DNA of 64,000 nucleotides from a plasmid. The stretch lies in the sequence record NZ_CP047975.1. One strand, given 5' to 3'. Below the pieces are notes generated by a model, which was given only the letters and a program-made list of their open reading frames with translations, made no database searches and was not told the DNA's origin. Below are positions 40,850-52,646 of this stretch, piece after piece. The position numbers and the translations under genes were made by a program. Each line of letters begins with the position of its first letter. Position 1 is the first letter of the stretch.

Positions 40850-42093
40850 TGAACAACTGCTATAAGTGATATTCTGCTCCTCAAATGATGTTATAAACAT
40901 CAATATATGGAGTATTTTATGGCACGTAGACCAAGAAGAAATCATTCAAATGATTTTAAAGCTAAGGTAGCACTTGCTGCGATTAAAGCAGAAAAAACAC
41001 TTGCTGAATTGAGTTCTGAGTTTGATGTTCATCAAAACCAAATTATTGACTGGAAAAATCAATTAATCTCAGCTTCCTCGCAAGCTTTCGATCAATCAAA
41101 AGCTCCATCAGAACCCCCCATTGATCTTAAAAAGTTACATGCAAAAATCGGTGAGCAGGCATTAGAAATTGATTTTTTAGAAGGTGTGTTGAAGAAACTG
41201 GGCCGCTTCAACCACAAAAGTTAATCGACGACTCACTTCAGATTTCAGTATCTAAGCAAGCTAAGCTGCTGAAAGTCTCCCGTGGTTGTTATTATTATCG
41301 CCCAAAACCTGTTAGCTCATCAGATCTGAAACTGATGCGGTGTATTGATGAATTACATATGCAATATCCTTTTGCAGGCAGCCGTATGATGCGTGATTTG
41401 TTGAATCGTCAAGGGCATCATATAGGACGACGTCATACACGTACTTTAATGAAGAAAATGGGTATTCAGGCGTTATATTGCAAACCAAATTTAAGCCAGG
41501 CGAATCAAGCTCACCGTAAATATCCATATCTGCTCTAAGGGTTGGCTATTCAGCGCAGTAATCAAGTGTGGTCTACGGATATAACGTATATCCCTATGGC
41601 AAAAGGCTTTGTTTATTTATGTGCTGTGATTGATTGGCATAGCCGCAAGGTACTTGCGCATAGGGTATCGATTAGTATGGAGGTGGATTTTTGTATTTCG
41701 GCTTTAAATGAAGCGATTGAAAAATATGGTCGACCTGAAATATTTAATACAGACCAAGGCAGCCAGTTTACCAGTGATGCATTTATTGATGTATTGAAAT
41801 CAAATGGCATTCAAATCAGTATGGATGGTAAAGGTCGATGGGTAGATAATGTGATGGTTGAACGATTATGGCGGAGCGTTAAATATGAAGAGGTGTATCT
41901 CAAAGCTTATAGCAGTGTCACAGATGCGAAAAAGCAATTAAGTGCATATTTTGAGTTTTATAATTTGAAACGACCTCATTCGAGTCTAGACAAAATGACA
42001 CCAAATGAGTTTTACTATGATCAGCTACCCCAACAAAACAAGGTGGCTTAACTAGAGCGGAATATCACTTATAAATACGCTTTTAGTTGTTCA
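40850..42093 (+). mobile_element. IS3-family insertion sequence, about 1.24 kb. OrfA is intact. OrfB is interrupted by an in-frame stop and is probably inactive
   Basis: Terminal repeats tgaacaactgctataagtgatattctgctc / tgaacaactaaaagcgtatttataagtgatattccgctc. OrfA 40919-41224. The OrfB frame reads YPYLL*GLAIQRSNQVWSTDITY, where the conserved R codon is replaced by TAA at 41539. Confidence 0.8.
41335..42051 (+). pseudogene. IS3-family transposase OrfB with an internal stop codon (41539-41541)
   Basis: Two ORFs in the same frame, 41335-41538 and 41542-42051, are separated by a single TAA. The DDE core is in the second part. Confidence 0.75.
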
Positions 42094-42183
42094 AACAAGT
42101 GGGACCACCTCTATATCTCGATAGGTATAGTAGAGTGATATCTCGATAGGTATAGTGTTTTGCAGTTTAGAGGAGATATCGCG

Positions 42184-43044
42184 ATGCATACGCGGAAGGC
42201 AATAACGGAGGCGCTTCAAAAACTCGGAGTCCAAACCGGTGACCTCTTGATGGTGCATGCCTCACTTAAAGCGATTGGTCCGGTCGAAGGAGGAGCGGAG
42301 ACGGTCGTTGCCGCGTTACGCTCCGCGGTTGGGCCGACTGGCACTGTGATGGGATACGCGTCGTGGGACCGATCACCCTACGAGGAGACTCTGAATGGCG
42401 CTCGGCTGGATGACGAAGCCCGCCGTACCTGGCTGCCGTTCGATCCCGCAACAGCCGGGACTTACCGTGGGTTCGGCCTGCTGAATCAATTTCTGGTTCA
42501 AGCCCCCGGCGCGCGGCGCAGCGCGCACCCCGATGCATCGATGGTCGCGGTTGGTCCGCTGGCTGAAACGCTGACGGAGCCTCACGAACTCGGTCACGCC
42601 TTGGGGGAAGGATCGCCCGTCGAGCGGTTCGTTCGCCTTGGCGGGAAGGCCCTGCTGTTGGGTGCGCCGCTAAACTCCGTTACCGCATTGCACTACGCCG
42701 AGGCGGTTGCCGATATCCCCAACAAACGGTGGGTGACGTATGAGATGCCGATGCTTGGAAGAGACGGTGAAGTCGCCTGGAAAACGGCATCGGATTACGA
42801 TTCAAACGGCATTCTCGATTGCTTTGCTATCGAAGGAAAGCCGGATGCGGTTGAAACTATAGCAAATGCTTACGTGAAGCTCGGTCGCCATCGAGAAGGT
42901 GTCGTGGGCTTTGCTCAGTGCTACCTGTTCGACGCGCAGGACATCGTGACGTTCGGCGTCACCTATCTTGAGAAGCATTTCGGAACCACTCCGATCGTGC
43001 CTCCGCACGAGGCCGTCGAGCGCTCTTGCGAGCCTTCAGGTTAG
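42184..43044 (+). CDS. aac(3)-II: Aminoglycoside 3-N-acetyltransferase AAC(3)-II (gentamicin resistance)
   Basis: 286 aa from MHTRKAITEALQKLGVQTGDLLMVHASLKAIGPVEGGAETV…, recognised as AAC(3)-IIa/IId. Confidence 0.93.
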   Translation: MHTRKAITEALQKLGVQTGDLLMVHASLKAIGPVEGGAETVVAALRSAVGPTGTVMGYASWDRSPYEETLNGARLDDEARRTWLPFDPATAGTYRGFGLLNQFLVQAPGARRSAHPDASMVAVGPLAETLTEPHELGHALGEGSPVERFVRLGGKALLLGAPLNSVTALHYAEAVADIPNKRWVTYEMPMLGRDGEVAWKTASDYDSNGILDCFAIEGKPDAVETIANAYVKLGRHREGVVGFAQCYLFDAQDIVTFGVTYLEKHFGTTPIVPPHEAVERSCEPSG

Positions 43045-43056
43045 AGGCCGTCGACA

Positions 43057-43599
43057 ATGATAATCTGGATCAACGGACCTTTCGGCGCCGGAAAGACGAC
43101 GCTCGCTAAGCGGCTGCGCGATCGGCGTTCCAAATCGCTGATCTTTGACCCCGAGGAAATCGGGTTCGTGGTGAAAGAAACGGTCCCCATGCCAGCGAGC
43201 GGAGACTATCAGGATCTCCCCTTGTGGAGGGGACTTACGATCGCGGCGGTCAGGGAGATTCGAAGGAATTACTCGCAGGACATCATCATCCCAATGACGC
43301 TCGTGCACCCGGACTATCTGACTGAGATACTCGACGGGGTAAGGCGGATCGACGATCAGCTGCTGCACATCTTTCTGACGCTCAACGAGGACCTATTGCG
43401 TCACCGGATCGCGAACCAGACCATGCATCCTGACCCGAATCGAAATGCGGAGATTCGAGAGTGGCGATTAGCGAATGTCGCCCGATGCTTGGCCGCAAGG
43501 GAACGGCTTCCATGCACAACCCGTGTTCTCGATAGTGGTGCACACACCAGCGATGAACTCGCAGCGATGGTGCTCGACGGAATCGATGGGCGCACCTGA
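43057..43599 (+). CDS. tmrB: TmrB-like ATP-binding protein (tunicamycin-resistance family), the usual partner downstream of aac(3)-II
   Basis: 180 aa. P-loop INGPFGAGKTTLAKRL. Confidence 0.8.
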   Translation: MIIWINGPFGAGKTTLAKRLRDRRSKSLIFDPEEIGFVVKETVPMPASGDYQDLPLWRGLTIAAVREIRRNYSQDIIIPMTLVHPDYLTEILDGVRRIDDQLLHIFLTLNEDLLRHRIANQTMHPDPNRNAEIREWRLANVARCLAARERLPCTTRVLDSGAHTSDELAAMVLDGIDGRT

Positions 43600-43692
43600 T
43601 CGCCTTCGACGCCTGCGCAAAGCGTAGCGCGAGGGTGGCGGGCTCACGACCAAACGCCCAGAGGTCGATCATCGCAGGGATGTTTGGCTTTG

Positions 43693-43991
43693 TGGTGCGG
43701 ACGACGGGACTCGAACCCGTACTCTCACAGAGAAGCAGATTTTCGTACCACCTCGACTTTCGCCGCCGTCTGATGACGTTCGTGGTCTGGACTGTCCCTT
43801 CGCCATTGCCCGAAGGCTTTAGGCGCCGCCCGTCCAGTCTCTACACCTTCCCCCGAAGGGGCTTGGCTCGGGATTGGCTTAGGGTATTGCCCGTTAGCGT
43901 TCCCCGACTTTGAGCGGTTCTACTCCGCGGATTTCCCCGCGGGCACTCCAATTTTAAAGTCTGCTGCGTCTACCGATTTCGCCACGTCCGC
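43693..43991 (-). tRNA. tRNA-Leu(UAA) gene interrupted by an approximately 213-nt group I intron between U34 and A35. 5' exon 43991..43957, intron 43956..43744, 3' exon 43743..43693
   Basis: The joined exons give an 86-nt type II tRNA: acceptor GCGGACG/CGTCCGC, D-arm GCGAAATCGGTAGACGC, anticodon stem GCAGA/TCTGC, loop CTTAAAA (anticodon TAA), variable hairpin TCTC-TGT-GAGA, T-arm ACGGG-TTCGAGT-CCCGT, discriminator A, CCA. The intron carries group I core elements …CAATCCCGAGCCAAGCC… and …AAGGTGTAGAGACTGGACGG…, ends in G, and a GAGU guide sequence can pair with the exon ACUU to give U•G at the splice site. Confidence 0.75.
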
Positions 43992-44552
43992 CTTTTTTCG
44001 CCGTTCCTAGCGCTCGTGCGATGCACCTATGTTGCACCTAGCGCCGAATCGTTCTTCGTCATCCTGAAAAACCACGTCTCCTAAAGCCTTGCATAGCTTA
44101 TCTTTTCTCCACCACGAACTTTTTTGTGGGATGGTAGAAAAAAAGACTTTTTAAGTCCGCTGGCTTGCCAGGCCTTGTTAGCTTGTACGGTCATGGTTAT
44201 CGGGTAAAGAATATTGACGGCATCGCTGGTGTCGGTGGCTGAAAAGCCGGCTCCCATCAGGGCAATAGCCATTTCAGATGCAGGCGTACAGGGCAATGGT
44301 CAACAGCTACAGCCTGTCTGACGATTCCGGCGTCATGGCTGCGGCGGCTATCACGCATTTTTTGTTCGGTCAGGCGGTGTTTTCGTACCTCAATGGTTGG
44401 AGCGTGTTGATCGGACCTGGTACAGGTTTGGACAGCACGGGCTGCAAATACGCAAGGGATTTAATGGGCCTGGTGGCGTTCACGGCTTTTATCGTGACGT
44501 TTCTGTTCAGGGGCTACTCATAATCTCGTGGCTCGGCGGTTCCCGGCACACC

Positions 44553-45710
44553 ATGACAGTAAGGAAGGACCCTGTGTCTCAACTCTCCCAGCTTCGAAGC
44601 CCCGCCGCCGTGCAGGCTGCCATCGATGAGTTCGTGCAACTGGGCCGCACGAAATTCCTGGCGCGCCACGGCTACGGCAAGTCCCGCGACTTCCTGGTAC
44701 GTGATCCGAAGACCGGCACCGATTGCGATTCCAAGGCCATCGCCGGTGTGGCCTTCGGCAAGCAATTTCCCGAGCAGGGCCCGCTCACTGCTGACAGCTT
44801 CTCCGGTGGCGAGGCGACCGTCGTTCCGGCGCTGACGCGGCTCGGGTTTCGCATCATTCGCATCGGCGAAGACTGGTCCGAAGAAGAGGTCCTGGCCACG
44901 GTCGAAGACTATTTCGACATGCTGCGTGCCGAGGCGGCTGGGGAGCCGTACAACAAGTCCGAGCACAACCAGGCACTGCGCCAACTGCTGAACGGTCGCA
45001 GCAAGTCTTCAGTCGAGCTCAAGCACCAGAACATTAGCGCCGTACTCGATGCCCTGGGCCTGCCCTATATCAACGGCTACAAGCCACGCGGCAACAGCCA
45101 ACTGCTGCTGCGTAAATCCGTACACGCCTACGTTCTGGAACATCAGCAGACGGTCGGCGCTCTTGTCGATGCCCTGGAGGAGGTAAAACTTCCGGGTGAC
45201 AAAACCTACCGAGCGGCTTTGGTAGAACCACCCGCCCGTGAAGTGCTTGTGCGTACCCCGGCATCTCTACGGCAACGCCTACCGCGAAAGTTCGATTATG
45301 CCGCTCGCGATGAAGCCAACCGCAAGCTGGGCCGGGCAGGGGAGCAGTGGGTGATTGGCTACGAACAGCAACGCCTGACCGAGCTCGGCCACCCAGAGCT
45401 TTTTCAGCGGCTGGATTGGGTGTCCGACACCCAGGGAGACGGTGCGGGGTTCGACATCCTGTCGTTCGAAGAGGACGCCCATGAGCGCTTCATCGAGGTG
45501 AAAACCACCAATGGCGGGGTAGGCTCGTCTTTCTTGGTCAGCCACAACGAACTCGAATTCTCCAAGGAGGCGGGCGATCAATTCCATCTGTATCGCGTGT
45601 TCCAGTTTCGGGACGGTCCGCGCCTGTTCACGCTACCCGGCGACCTCAGCCAACATGTGCATCTCAAGCCGACGGACTACCGGGCGAGTTTCCGGAGTTT
45701 GGTGGGGTAA
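44553..45710 (+). CDS. DUF3883-like (PD-(D/E)xK restriction-endonuclease-fold) C-terminal domain protein with an uncharacterised N-terminal domain. Start chosen at the MTVRK… ATG
   Basis: C-terminal FDILSFEEDAHERFIEVKTTNGGVGSSFLVSHNELEFSKEAGDQFHLYRVFQF is a D…E-x-K pattern. Confidence 0.55.
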   Translation: MTVRKDPVSQLSQLRSPAAVQAAIDEFVQLGRTKFLARHGYGKSRDFLVRDPKTGTDCDSKAIAGVAFGKQFPEQGPLTADSFSGGEATVVPALTRLGFRIIRIGEDWSEEEVLATVEDYFDMLRAEAAGEPYNKSEHNQALRQLLNGRSKSSVELKHQNISAVLDALGLPYINGYKPRGNSQLLLRKSVHAYVLEHQQTVGALVDALEEVKLPGDKTYRAALVEPPAREVLVRTPASLRQRLPRKFDYAARDEANRKLGRAGEQWVIGYEQQRLTELGHPELFQRLDWVSDTQGDGAGFDILSFEEDAHERFIEVKTTNGGVGSSFLVSHNELEFSKEAGDQFHLYRVFQFRDGPRLFTLPGDLSQHVHLKPTDYRASFRSLVG

Positions 45711-45797
45711 AGGCAGGGTTCTGTTGAGCCGAATGGCTGTGTGCGGCCGATTCTGTTGAAAAAGTAGCGGCCTCCCCATGCCGTTGGCAAAATTGCT

Positions 45798-47196
45798 TTG
45801 TCAGCGAGCGTGGGGGCGAACAGCATGATGGGACAGTTACCGGGAGGACAGCAGCGCCTGTTCTACTCGTTCAATCTGGAAGATCACGTCCCGGCCCAAC
45901 ATCTCCTGCGCAGCATCGACCAGTGCTTGGATCTCAGTGATCTACGTGCCTACCTGGCAGATTTCTATAGCCCCATCGGGCGTCCCTCGATTGACCCGGA
46001 GTTGATGGTGCGCATGCTGGTCGTCGGCTACTTGCTATGGCATTCGTTCCGAGCGGCGATTGTGCGAAGAGGTGCACCTGAACCTGGCCTATCGCTGGTT
46101 CTGCCGGTTGGGTCTGGAAGACGAAGTCCCCAATCACTCGACCTTCTCGAAGAATCGCCATGGGCGTTTTCGTGACAGCGATCTATTCCGCTGGTTATTC
46201 AATGAGGTGCTGCGGCGCTGCATGGCAGCCGGCCTAGTCAAGGGTGAAGGTTTCGCCGTCGACGCCAGCATCATTAAGGCGGATGCCAGCCGGCAACGTG
46301 GGGTGGCGGGAGATGAGGTCGATTGGAACGATCCAAAGCTCAGCAGCCGCGCAGTGCGCGAGTACCTCGAAGCCCTTGATGAAGAGGCGCTGGCTGAGGC
46401 TCTTCCCAAGAAAATTTCGCTCACTGATCCTCAGTCCCGTTGGACAGCAGCGCCAGGTGGCCCGGCCTTTTTTGCCTACTCCACGAATTACCTGATCGAC
46501 ACTGAGCACGGTGTGATCATGGACGTGGAAGCTACCCCGGCGCACCGTACCGCCGAAGTCGATTCGACTAGGACGATGGTCGAGCGTGTCGAGGCGCAGT
46601 TCGATCTCACACCGGAACGCCTTATCGGCGATACCGCTTATGGCACCGCCCCGATGCTGGCCTGGATGGTCGAAGAAAAGGACATCGAACCGCATGTGCC
46701 GGTGTGGGACAAGACCGAGCGCAAGGACGACAGCCTCTCCAGTAACGACTTTCACTGGAGTCAGGACGCCAATGAATATCGCTGCCCAGCCGGCAAACCG
46801 CTACGCAGTGAATGGCGCGCCTTCACCCAGCAAAGGTCGCGGGTAACTAAGGCCAAAACCGTCATTTACCGCTCCAGCCAAACCGACTGCGCCACCTGCC
46901 CGTTGAAAGCGAAATGCTGCCCCAACACGCCGAATCGGAAGATCGTCCGCAGCATCCATGAGGCTGCCCGCGACGTGGCTCGACGCATCGCCAAGACACC
47001 GGAGTACCTCGTCTCTCGCTGCGAACGAAAGAAGGTGGAGATGCTTTTCGCCCACCTCAAACGGATCATGAAACTCGACCGTTTACGACTGCGTGGCCTA
47101 ACGGGTGCCACTGACGAATTCACCTTGGCTGCGATGGTGCAGAACCTGCGCCGCATGGCCAAGCTTTTGCCTCAAGGGCCACCGCTGACGGGATAG
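45798..47196 (+). pseudogene. IS1182/IS5-superfamily transposase split by a frameshift near 46040-46060 into 125-aa and 378-aa ORFs
   Basis: N-terminal part …LVVGYLLW… continues in another frame as …CEEVHLNLAYRWFCRLGLEDEVPNHSTFSKNR…. Confidence 0.7.
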
Positions 47197-47779
47197 GTAT
47201 GCCTGCTACGAGCAGAAACCCTCAAATTAACCCTTAAACCTGAGCAAGGACGCTCAGTGAAACGCCGGAAGGCAACTTGAAGTGGCTTGCAGCCACTTCG
47301 ACAGCAGGCACACCTGATCGGCAGGCTGCCGCTAAAGCTACTTTTTCAACAGAATCGGCCGATTTGTGCCGGTCGTCAAGGACCGCTTCGGATCACTCTC
47401 AACCGGATCGCGGGCCAGCTGATTTGCTAAAACCCGCGCCAAACTCAACGAAGGATTTCGCATGATCCGTTTTTTTTGGCGATCACGCTCGGCCTGATGG
47501 TTGGCTGCTCGTCGAGTTCAAGTTCGATCTGATCAGTGAGCGGTAGCGCAAGTGGATCGCCTCAGCCAAGCAGCGTTGTTGCCGGCGGCCGGAAGAAAGC
47601 CTTGAACTAGTAGCGGAAAGGATGAAACTTTATTTTTACGATTCTCAGCATTTTCCAAGGTTGAGCGAAAATTAGGATGATACTTTAATGATTCCGGCCT
47701 CCATCCCCACAAAACGCTTGCAGATGGCAGAATTGAAATAAGTCATTGTTTTAAATGGATTTTTGCAGGAATTGCTACG

Positions 47780-48034
47780 TTGCAGGGTCCTGTAGTTAGG
47801 ATGACACTTTATTTTCCTCCCACAATCAAAGCATCCATCCATGCATTTGTGAAATCAGAACCCATTGAACGCATTGAGTTTGAAAAAAACTTGCTGAACT
47901 TAGGTATCGTGAACAATTATGAAAAATATATAGACTACAATAATTTGCTGTTTCACGTTTTGTTTAGCAAATGGATTAACAGTCCAGTTGACTTTGGATA
48001 TTTTGTCGATCAAAACTTTTACGGTGCCAGCTAA
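47780..48034 (+). CDS. Hypothetical protein (84 aa)
   Basis: ORF only. Confidence 0.25.
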   Translation: MQGPVVRMTLYFPPTIKASIHAFVKSEPIERIEFEKNLLNLGIVNNYEKYIDYNNLLFHVLFSKWINSPVDFGYFVDQNFYGAS

Positions 48035-48309
48035 GCTCACTCAAAACATCTACGGTGTAATACACCGTAAAAAGAATTGCACCTGGTACTTGCCACTAAA
48101 AAATGACAGTGAATGACATTTTGAGAGAAAAAAATTGTGGGGTAGTGCCTTTTCTACTCCTTTGAGAATTTTAATTATGACAATTCCGATACACCTAACA
48201 ATAACTTCATATTTTTCTTTCTTGAACTAAGATTCAATAACTTAACTAATTTCTATTTCAATCATAAAATATGATATGTTGACCTTAAGAATAATTCATA
48301 AACTTTACT

Positions 48310-49250
48310 ATGTTTGCTTTAAAAACAATTCATTTAGAAAAGAAAGTCTCAAACGAAAATCAAATTATTCTTTTATTTGATTTAGATTCATTCTGTCCAT
48401 GTATGTACCCTATGCTGTACACCATGAAATTTCTTAGATTTCAAAGTATCTCTACGCAGCATGCAGATTTAATCGCAATAAAATTTTGGTATGAATTTTG
48501 GTTTGAAAAGTTTGCCACGTCCTTTTGTGAGTCGTTCTATTCGACATCCTATAATTTTGAGATCATTCAATGTGAAATTGATAATTTCATTGTTTACTTA
48601 GAAAATAATAAAAAACTTGAAAGTAATCTTATACGGCTAAGCAATTCAGAACATATTAATTACACAACAATTGGTCATAGAGTTAGATCCTTCTTAAAGT
48701 TTTACAACTTCTTGATTAATGAATACTTAAGCATGCAATCACAGCCACAACTTACGTTGAAGGAAATTCAAAAAATTAAAGAAAACTTGAATAAATATAT
48801 GACAATAAAGAAAAAAATTATAAATAATTTTTCAAAAGCCAATAAGACAATTAAAAGTGAGATAAATCATAATTTTAAGAGCATGAATCAGGAAATGATT
48901 AAAGGATTGTATTCAGTCATTTCACCAAGTAACTCTAATAAATACAATGAATTAAATCCTTTTAGATCTAAAAATGTACAACTCAGAAACTTTCTGATCA
49001 TACATCTCATGCTCAACTATGGTCTTAGAATTGGTGAGCTTATGCTACTAACAACCAACTCTATTAAAAAATCAATTCAGAATCATAGTTTTAGTTTAAT
49101 TATTACAAATACAGATGATGAGTTCGATGATCGATCAAAAAAGCCAAAAATCAAAAATGAATATTCGTACCGAGTAATTAAACTGCAGGAACGAGACTAC
49201 AGAATTCTTCAAATCTATATAAATGAAATCCGAAAAGAAATTCCTTCACA
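48310..49250 (+). pseudogene. Truncated tyrosine-recombinase-like gene (N-terminal two-thirds only). The ORF reads through into the antisense of the araC1 remnant
   Basis: Box I NYGLRIGELMLLTTNSI and a K-region KNEYSYRVIKL are present. No HxxR/Y box follows. Very AT-rich. Confidence 0.4.
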
Positions 49251-49258
49251 TATCTTAT

Positions 49259-49735
49259 TTACATCCTTAAAGCCTCCCTATTCTGCTTTAAGTTTTCTAA
49301 TAAAAGATCTAAATACGTATCTTTCATCAATTGAGATTCATTGTTATTCAATATATTGTAGGTTGAAAGTATCAAATGTGAAAGTTGAGGATCAGAACGT
49401 AGGGTTGATTCGATAGCAAGTTCGATAGGCTCATTAAATATTCCTTCATAGCTTTTTTTTAACCATGCTGGATCTAAATGCATCATTTTATAAGTGAAGC
49501 CGAGAGGATCTGGTGCATTACCATCATGAACTTCTTCAGGTTCAAGCATGAAAGTTTGACCTTGATAGCTATCAATAATTTTTTTTCTACAATTGAATTG
49601 TTGATGTCCTAACTCTGTTACCCCTATAAGATAACTTGAGTGTAGATGAGGATCGTATGCAAAGCCTTTGAAGTGGGCATGAATTAGTTCTATACCTGTA
49701 GACTTATCCTGTGTGACATTGACCCAATTGCTCAT
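49259..49735 (-). pseudogene. araC1: Truncated AraC-family regulator (N-terminal ligand-binding half only), the araC1 remnant typical of blaOXA-58 surroundings
   Basis: 158 aa without the C-terminal HTH domain. Adjacent to ISAba3 as in OXA-58 plasmids. Confidence 0.55.
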
Positions 49736-49797
49736 ATTTACTTAATTAGTCCTAATGGATTTAGCTTATCAAAAATTATCTAATGAAGAAATTCTAA

Positions 49798-49825
49798 AAT
49801 TAACATAATACACCTTATACAAAAT
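49798..49825. other. pdif (XerD/XerC) site: aattaacataa-tacacc-ttatacaaaat
   Basis: 11-6-11 architecture matching the Acinetobacter plasmid dif consensus (XerD TTATGTTAATT, XerC ATTTTGTATAA, in reverse orientation). Confidence 0.75.
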
Positions 49826-49881
49826 GCCCTTGTAAGCCCTTAATCAAGGGCATTTTTAGTCTCTACTTAACATAAAATTTT

Positions 49882-50675
49882 GGTGGTGCTTCAAAAAGTA
49901 TGCTGCCTTTAAATGAAGCCATTATTGATGTAAAAGAAAAGAAGGCTAAATCAAAAGCTTTAAAATGGTTTTCAAGCTTTTTTGAAAAATTACAGCTTCT
50001 TCTGAAGCTACGCCTAATTCTATGCCTTATTTTGCAATTATTGCCTTCAATACCTACAGTAAAAAATTTACCAATACTTTGCTTACCATTTTTAAAAGCA
50101 GTGATGAAACTGTCCCAATGATCACTTGCAATTCGGGTGTAGTGAATATCTAATTGTTTAAGCTTTGTCTTCAATTGTTAGACTGTAGCTAAATCTCGTT
50201 TACCCCAAACATAAGCAACAATTTCACCTGTTTCTCGATGATAGGCGTAAATAAGCCATTGTTTATTCTTTTTATTTCCAACAAAATTCCAGAACTCATC
50301 TACTTCGAGAGATTCATAATGACTTTGCTGAGGCTGAATTTCATAGGTTGATTCAGTTAAAGTACGTAAAACTTTACCGATACTGATGCGCTCAACTTCA
50401 GCAATATCTCGTATACCGCTGCCTCTGACCATCAACTGTAATATTTTACGAGTAATACCTGACTTACATCCTAGATAGCTCAGTGCATGATCACCAATAA
50501 ACTGACGTTTACAGTCTTTGCACTGATAGTTTTGTTTCCCATCTACTTTGATACCATTTTTCTTTATACTATCACTGAGGCAGGTTGGACATTTGATTGC
50601 TAGAGTTATTTGCATTTCTCTATTTTATCAAAATCCAATCGGCTTTTTCTTCAGCATACTTTTTGAAACACTACC
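49882..50675 (-). mobile_element. ISAba3 (IS1 family), complete copy of about 794 bp, downstream of blaOXA-58
   Basis: Terminal repeats ggtggtgcttcaaaaagtatgc / ggtagtgtttcaaaaagtatgc. IS1-type two-frame transposase, ORFs 50178-50615 and 49863-50174. Confidence 0.85.
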
Positions 50676-50705
50676 AAAAATAGATTAACCTCAAACTTCT
50701 AATTC

Positions 50706-52030
<1,325 letters not shown>

Positions 52031-52083
52031 GACATTTTTATTGGTGAGAATATAGACACTTTAAATGGGTTCTAACACTCTCG

Positions 52084-52111
52084 TTTCGTATAACAGCCAT
52101 TATGTTAAATT
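52084..52111. other. pdif site: gtttcgtataa-cagcca-ttatgttaaat
   Basis: XerC-spacer-XerD 11-6-11. Confidence 0.75.
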
Positions 52112-52141
52112 GTAGTAAGAACTTTAATGCGATAGAGCAGA

Positions 52142-52567
52142 ATGTATATGCAAAATAAGCTTGATAACATTATTCAAGAATTAAAAGAACTATCTGGGAA
52201 TAGTCGTCTAAACATAGAACTACCTGATGATATTTTCATATCTGCTTATGAACGAAAAATAGGTTTTATTTTTCCAAAAGATTATAAAAAAGTTTTGAAA
52301 GAGATTAGCAATATCTTTTATGGAACAATTGAATTAGCGTCTCTTACAGATGAGAAAGAATGCTATCGAGGGCTATCTCAGATATTAAATGATGCTAGGG
52401 AGCAAGGTCTGCCAGAAGATTGGCTACCTATTTGTGAAGATAATGGTAGTTATTATTGCCTATCTCCTAATCATAAAATTAGATATTGGACAGCAGATGG
52501 ATATAGCGATGAGCAGTGGGAAGATTTAGCAGATTGGATCAAGCAAGTTTGGATAGATGGAAATTAA
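52142..52567 (+). CDS. SMI1/KNR4-family protein (141 aa) forming a small dif module
   Basis: Bounded by pdif sites at 52084 and 52578. SMI1/KNR4-like sequence. Confidence 0.55.
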   Translation: MYMQNKLDNIIQELKELSGNSRLNIELPDDIFISAYERKIGFIFPKDYKKVLKEISNIFYGTIELASLTDEKECYRGLSQILNDAREQGLPEDWLPICEDNGSYYCLSPNHKIRYWTADGYSDEQWEDLADWIKQVWIDGN

Positions 52568-52577
52568 GAATTTCTAA

Positions 52578-52605
52578 AATTAACATAATACACCTTATAC
52601 GAAAT
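52578..52605. other. pdif site: aattaacataa-tacacc-ttatacgaaat
   Basis: 11-6-11. Confidence 0.75.
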
Positions 52606-52646
52606 TAAAAAATGGAGCCTAAAGCTCCATTTTTTAATAACTTTTT

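Noticed and set aside
43635-43913. 92-aa plus-strand ORF, and my first guess of a tmRNA or tRNA 3' fragment here
   Set aside because: The region is fully explained by an intron-containing tRNA-Leu(UAA) gene on the minus strand. The ORF is antisense to a structured RNA. No tmRNA tag-reading frame is present.
48053-48079. Perfect palindrome acggtgtaatacaccgt after the 47780-48034 ORF, as a terminator or pdif-like site
   Set aside because: The A-run follows rather than precedes or trails the hairpin in either sense, so it is not a canonical intrinsic terminator. It does not fit the 11-6-11 XerC/XerD consensus.
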